Shown one piece after another: positions 61,601 through 64,000 of a DNA stretch of 64,000 nucleotides. Both the position numbers and the translations under genes were made by a program. Every line of letters begins with the position of its first letter. Positions within the stretch are counted from its first letter, which is position 1. Location of the stretch: assembly GCF_000315625.1 (NCBI RefSeq), contig NW_005434668.1, forward strand, positions 1,096,981 through 1,160,980. The letters run 5' to 3'. The DNA is from Guillardia theta CCMP2712. Lineage: Eukaryota; Protista; Cryptophyta. A model generated the notes under the pieces. It searched no databases. It saw nothing but the letters and a program-made list of their open reading frames with translations, and had not been told where the DNA came from.

Positions 61601-64000
61601 TCTTCTTGAGGTCTGTGCTCCTGTGCTTCAGCCCTCGCTGCACCATCGGCACCATGAGAGCGAGCGAGGGAGCGTCGACAGCGTTGACGAAGGTCGTCTC
61701 GATCACAACCTCCAGTGCTCTCGCCGTCTTGTCCGGGTCTGACAAGGACTCGATGAGGATGGGAGCGATGGCCAGGATCTCAGGGTTCTTGATGACACTC
61801 CCGACGTGCCCCAGGGCCACCTGAGCTCCCTCCCTCACCTTCTGGTGCGTGTCTGACACGGCTGACGCCATGACAGGCACGATGGTTGGCAAACAAGTTC
61901 CCAGCTGACGAGGAGCGCAATAGGCCATGGCGCCGAGCAAGTCGAGAGCTGCGGCCTTGGTGCGCCATGCTCTGTCTTCGACACCCTGGAGGAGAGCAGG
62001 CATGACGAGCTTCACACCCTGGCCACTCAGCTGGGACATGACGGCTCGAGCCGACGACTCTCCCGCCTCCCGCACGGACTCGTCCTGGTCGCCGCACGAG
62101 TTGAGGAGGATGGGGAGGATCTGAATGACATAAGGCTCAAAAAGTCTCCCCAATCGATCGGAGAGACACTCGAAGCCGAAGAGAGCTCCCTGCCTCCTCC
62201 ACGCGTTCTTCTTGTCGTTGGCTGCAGCCTGACATGCACGAGTGACAACCCTTCTCTCAAGCCTTCCCTTCCTTCCCCTCTCCTTCTCTCTCTTTCCTTC
62301 TCTTCCCCCTGCGCTCCTCCTCCCTCCCACGTTCTCCTCTCTTCCATGTCTCCTCTCTGCTCCTCAACGAGCCATTTCTCTTCACTCTCATCGTCGGCTC
62401 ACCTGCAACGTCGGCATGATGTCATGCGCCTTGAGCGCTGAGATCCCGATGCCTTTGACCATCCCGGCGAGACCGAACGCAGCCCCTCGCCGATCCCCGT
62501 ACGTTTGACCCTCCAGCATCATCTCGATCATCTCCTTCACCATCCTCTTCACCTCCTCCGCGTCATCAAGCATGTTCATGAGGGGTGACAGGGCCTGGGA
62601 CGCCGATCGCTGAACAGACTCTGACGGGGTTCCGAGGGCGAAGATCAGCCGATTGACCACGTCCTTGACCTGCCCATCAGCAGTCAGCAGTCAGCAGCAC
62701 GATGGCGGGGGCTGCAGACGTCACCTTAGGGTCTCCCTTGGGGAGGAACTTGGCAAGGGAAGCAAGGAAGATGACGCAGCCCTCTCGCAGCAGGTCCGCC
62801 TGCCACGTGCCCGAGTCCGGCTTGTTGAGCTGCGTCTGCAGCATCGTGCTCAGAAGATCCATGGCGCCCTCTCCATGCAGCTCGATGAGCCGAAGGCCGG
62901 CCTTGATGATGTTGGCCCGAACATCTTCGTCGGGGTCGGTGAGGCCCTGCTCCTTGTCGGAGACGAGGAAGGGGAAGAGGATGATAATCTCTCTCTTGGA
63001 GACGTGCTCTGCGATGGAGGAGAGAGCTGTGGCGACTCCGCTGCGGATGACGGGATCTCCCTGCTTCTCCTCCCCCCCCTTGTTCTCCGTGTAGAGGGTC
63101 TTGAGCTGAGCCACCAAGTCCGACGCGAGCCCGGGGCTCTGCTTGATGAGGGTGGACAGACAGTCTCCCGCCGCCTTCCTCGCGTTCTCGTGAGGATGTG
63201 CTAGCAGCTTCGTCAGCTGCTCGGGCTCGAGCGTGTCCGTCTTGAGGTTGCAGGAGGAGGCGATCTCAGACGCCATGCTCGCCACCGTTGCGTCCTCGTC
63301 GTGCTGTAGGAGGAAGAGGGTTGAGAGCAGAGCAGGATGAGGCTCCGGACCCGGAAGCCCCTGGACCCTCCTGAGACCCTCCAAGCAGGTGACGCGGACG
63401 GCAGGAAAAGTAGCCAGGCAGCCGTCGAGGAGCTCGCCGATGTCGTCGGGGGCGAGGAAGGAGCAGTTCCTGTGCAGAATCTCGCTCGCGCTCTTCCTCA
63501 GCCGAGCGTTCTGCGACATCACCTCAACCATCACCCCCACAATCGCAGACCTCGGCAGGTCCTCGTCCCTGTAGTGCATCCCCACCATCTCCACCGCCGC
63601 CTCCACCGCCTCCATCCCCACCGCCGGATTGAGGATCACGTAACGGAGGAGCGGGAAGAAGAGGGAGAAGGAGGCAGCAGACAAGAGGCCCATCATCTGG
63701 ACGTTGCCATGGACAGCGTTGATCGCTCCTCTCGCGATGTTCCTCCTGTCGTAGTCGTCCCTCAGGCTCCCGCAGTGGATGGCATACAGAGCCTCGGCGA
63801 TGAGGAGGGGGAACGATCGTTCGCAGGTGGAGGTCAGCGAGTAGATCACGTCGACGATCATGTCGGAGAGGAGGGGAGAGAAGGAGAGCGAGCAGATGCA
63901 GGAGAGATCCGCCAGGTACGCGTGCGCCCCCTGCTTGTTGCCGTCGCAAAGGGCCTTGAGGACGTTCAGCGCAGTCCTGACCCTGACAACCGCCTCCTGC
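57497..64000 (-). CDS. GCN1: GCN1 translational activator (HEAT repeats), 5' end outside window
   Basis: LGTPSESVQRSAS, YGDRRGAAFGLAGMVKGIG, RQGALFGFECLSDRLGRLFEPYV, GVKLVMPALL, WRTKAAALDLLGAMAYCAPRQL, WRIRSSSVQLLGD, GPLIRIIGDRF, KPFLPQLQTTFVKSL. Confidence 0.97.

Noticed and set aside
58998-61742. Long alternative-frame and antisense ORFs over GCN1 (also over TAF1 and the giant gene)
   Set aside because: Expected shadow ORFs from high-GC3 codon usage, with no domain signal.

Overview
Gene-dense, intron-rich eukaryotic nuclear DNA with many short (~45-60 nt) introns, other introns expanded by CT/GA microsatellites, and four 100-N scaffold gaps. Intron style, gene content and the bipartite presequences point to a cryptophyte alga, most likely Guillardia theta or a relative (inference). 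Genes in order: ORC1 (5' end outside the window), ISCU, a weak hypothetical, an EF-hand/LRR protein, an ankyrin protein with a hydrophobic N-terminus, a NEK kinase with TPR tail, a small ORF, TAF1, a CBM48-GT4 glycosyltransferase, CFAP410, a hypothetical, APC2, an Sfp/AASDHPPT-type phosphopantetheinyl transferase, plastid terminal oxidase, a giant IQ/EF/SHOCT pseudokinase, UPRT, a Tudor-like hypothetical, a cytosolic-type LeuRS with a presequence, and GCN1 (5' end outside the window). The most interesting signal is that two unrelated proteins predicted to enter the periplastid (nucleomorph) compartment, LeuRS and CBM48-GT4, end their presequence in a ubiquitin-C-terminus mimic (LRLRGG / LLLRGG). 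The stroma-type PTOX presequence (A|F) lacks it. Other observations are a recurring GGGT(A/G)/GGGTAC motif cluster upstream of gene starts, a phased AATCGATT array, several GC-AG introns, and an inverted copy of the TAF1 5' end inside APC2 that is probably an assembly artefact. No RNA genes, CRISPR arrays or clear transposons were seen. Exon boundaries were deduced by hand and are approximate.
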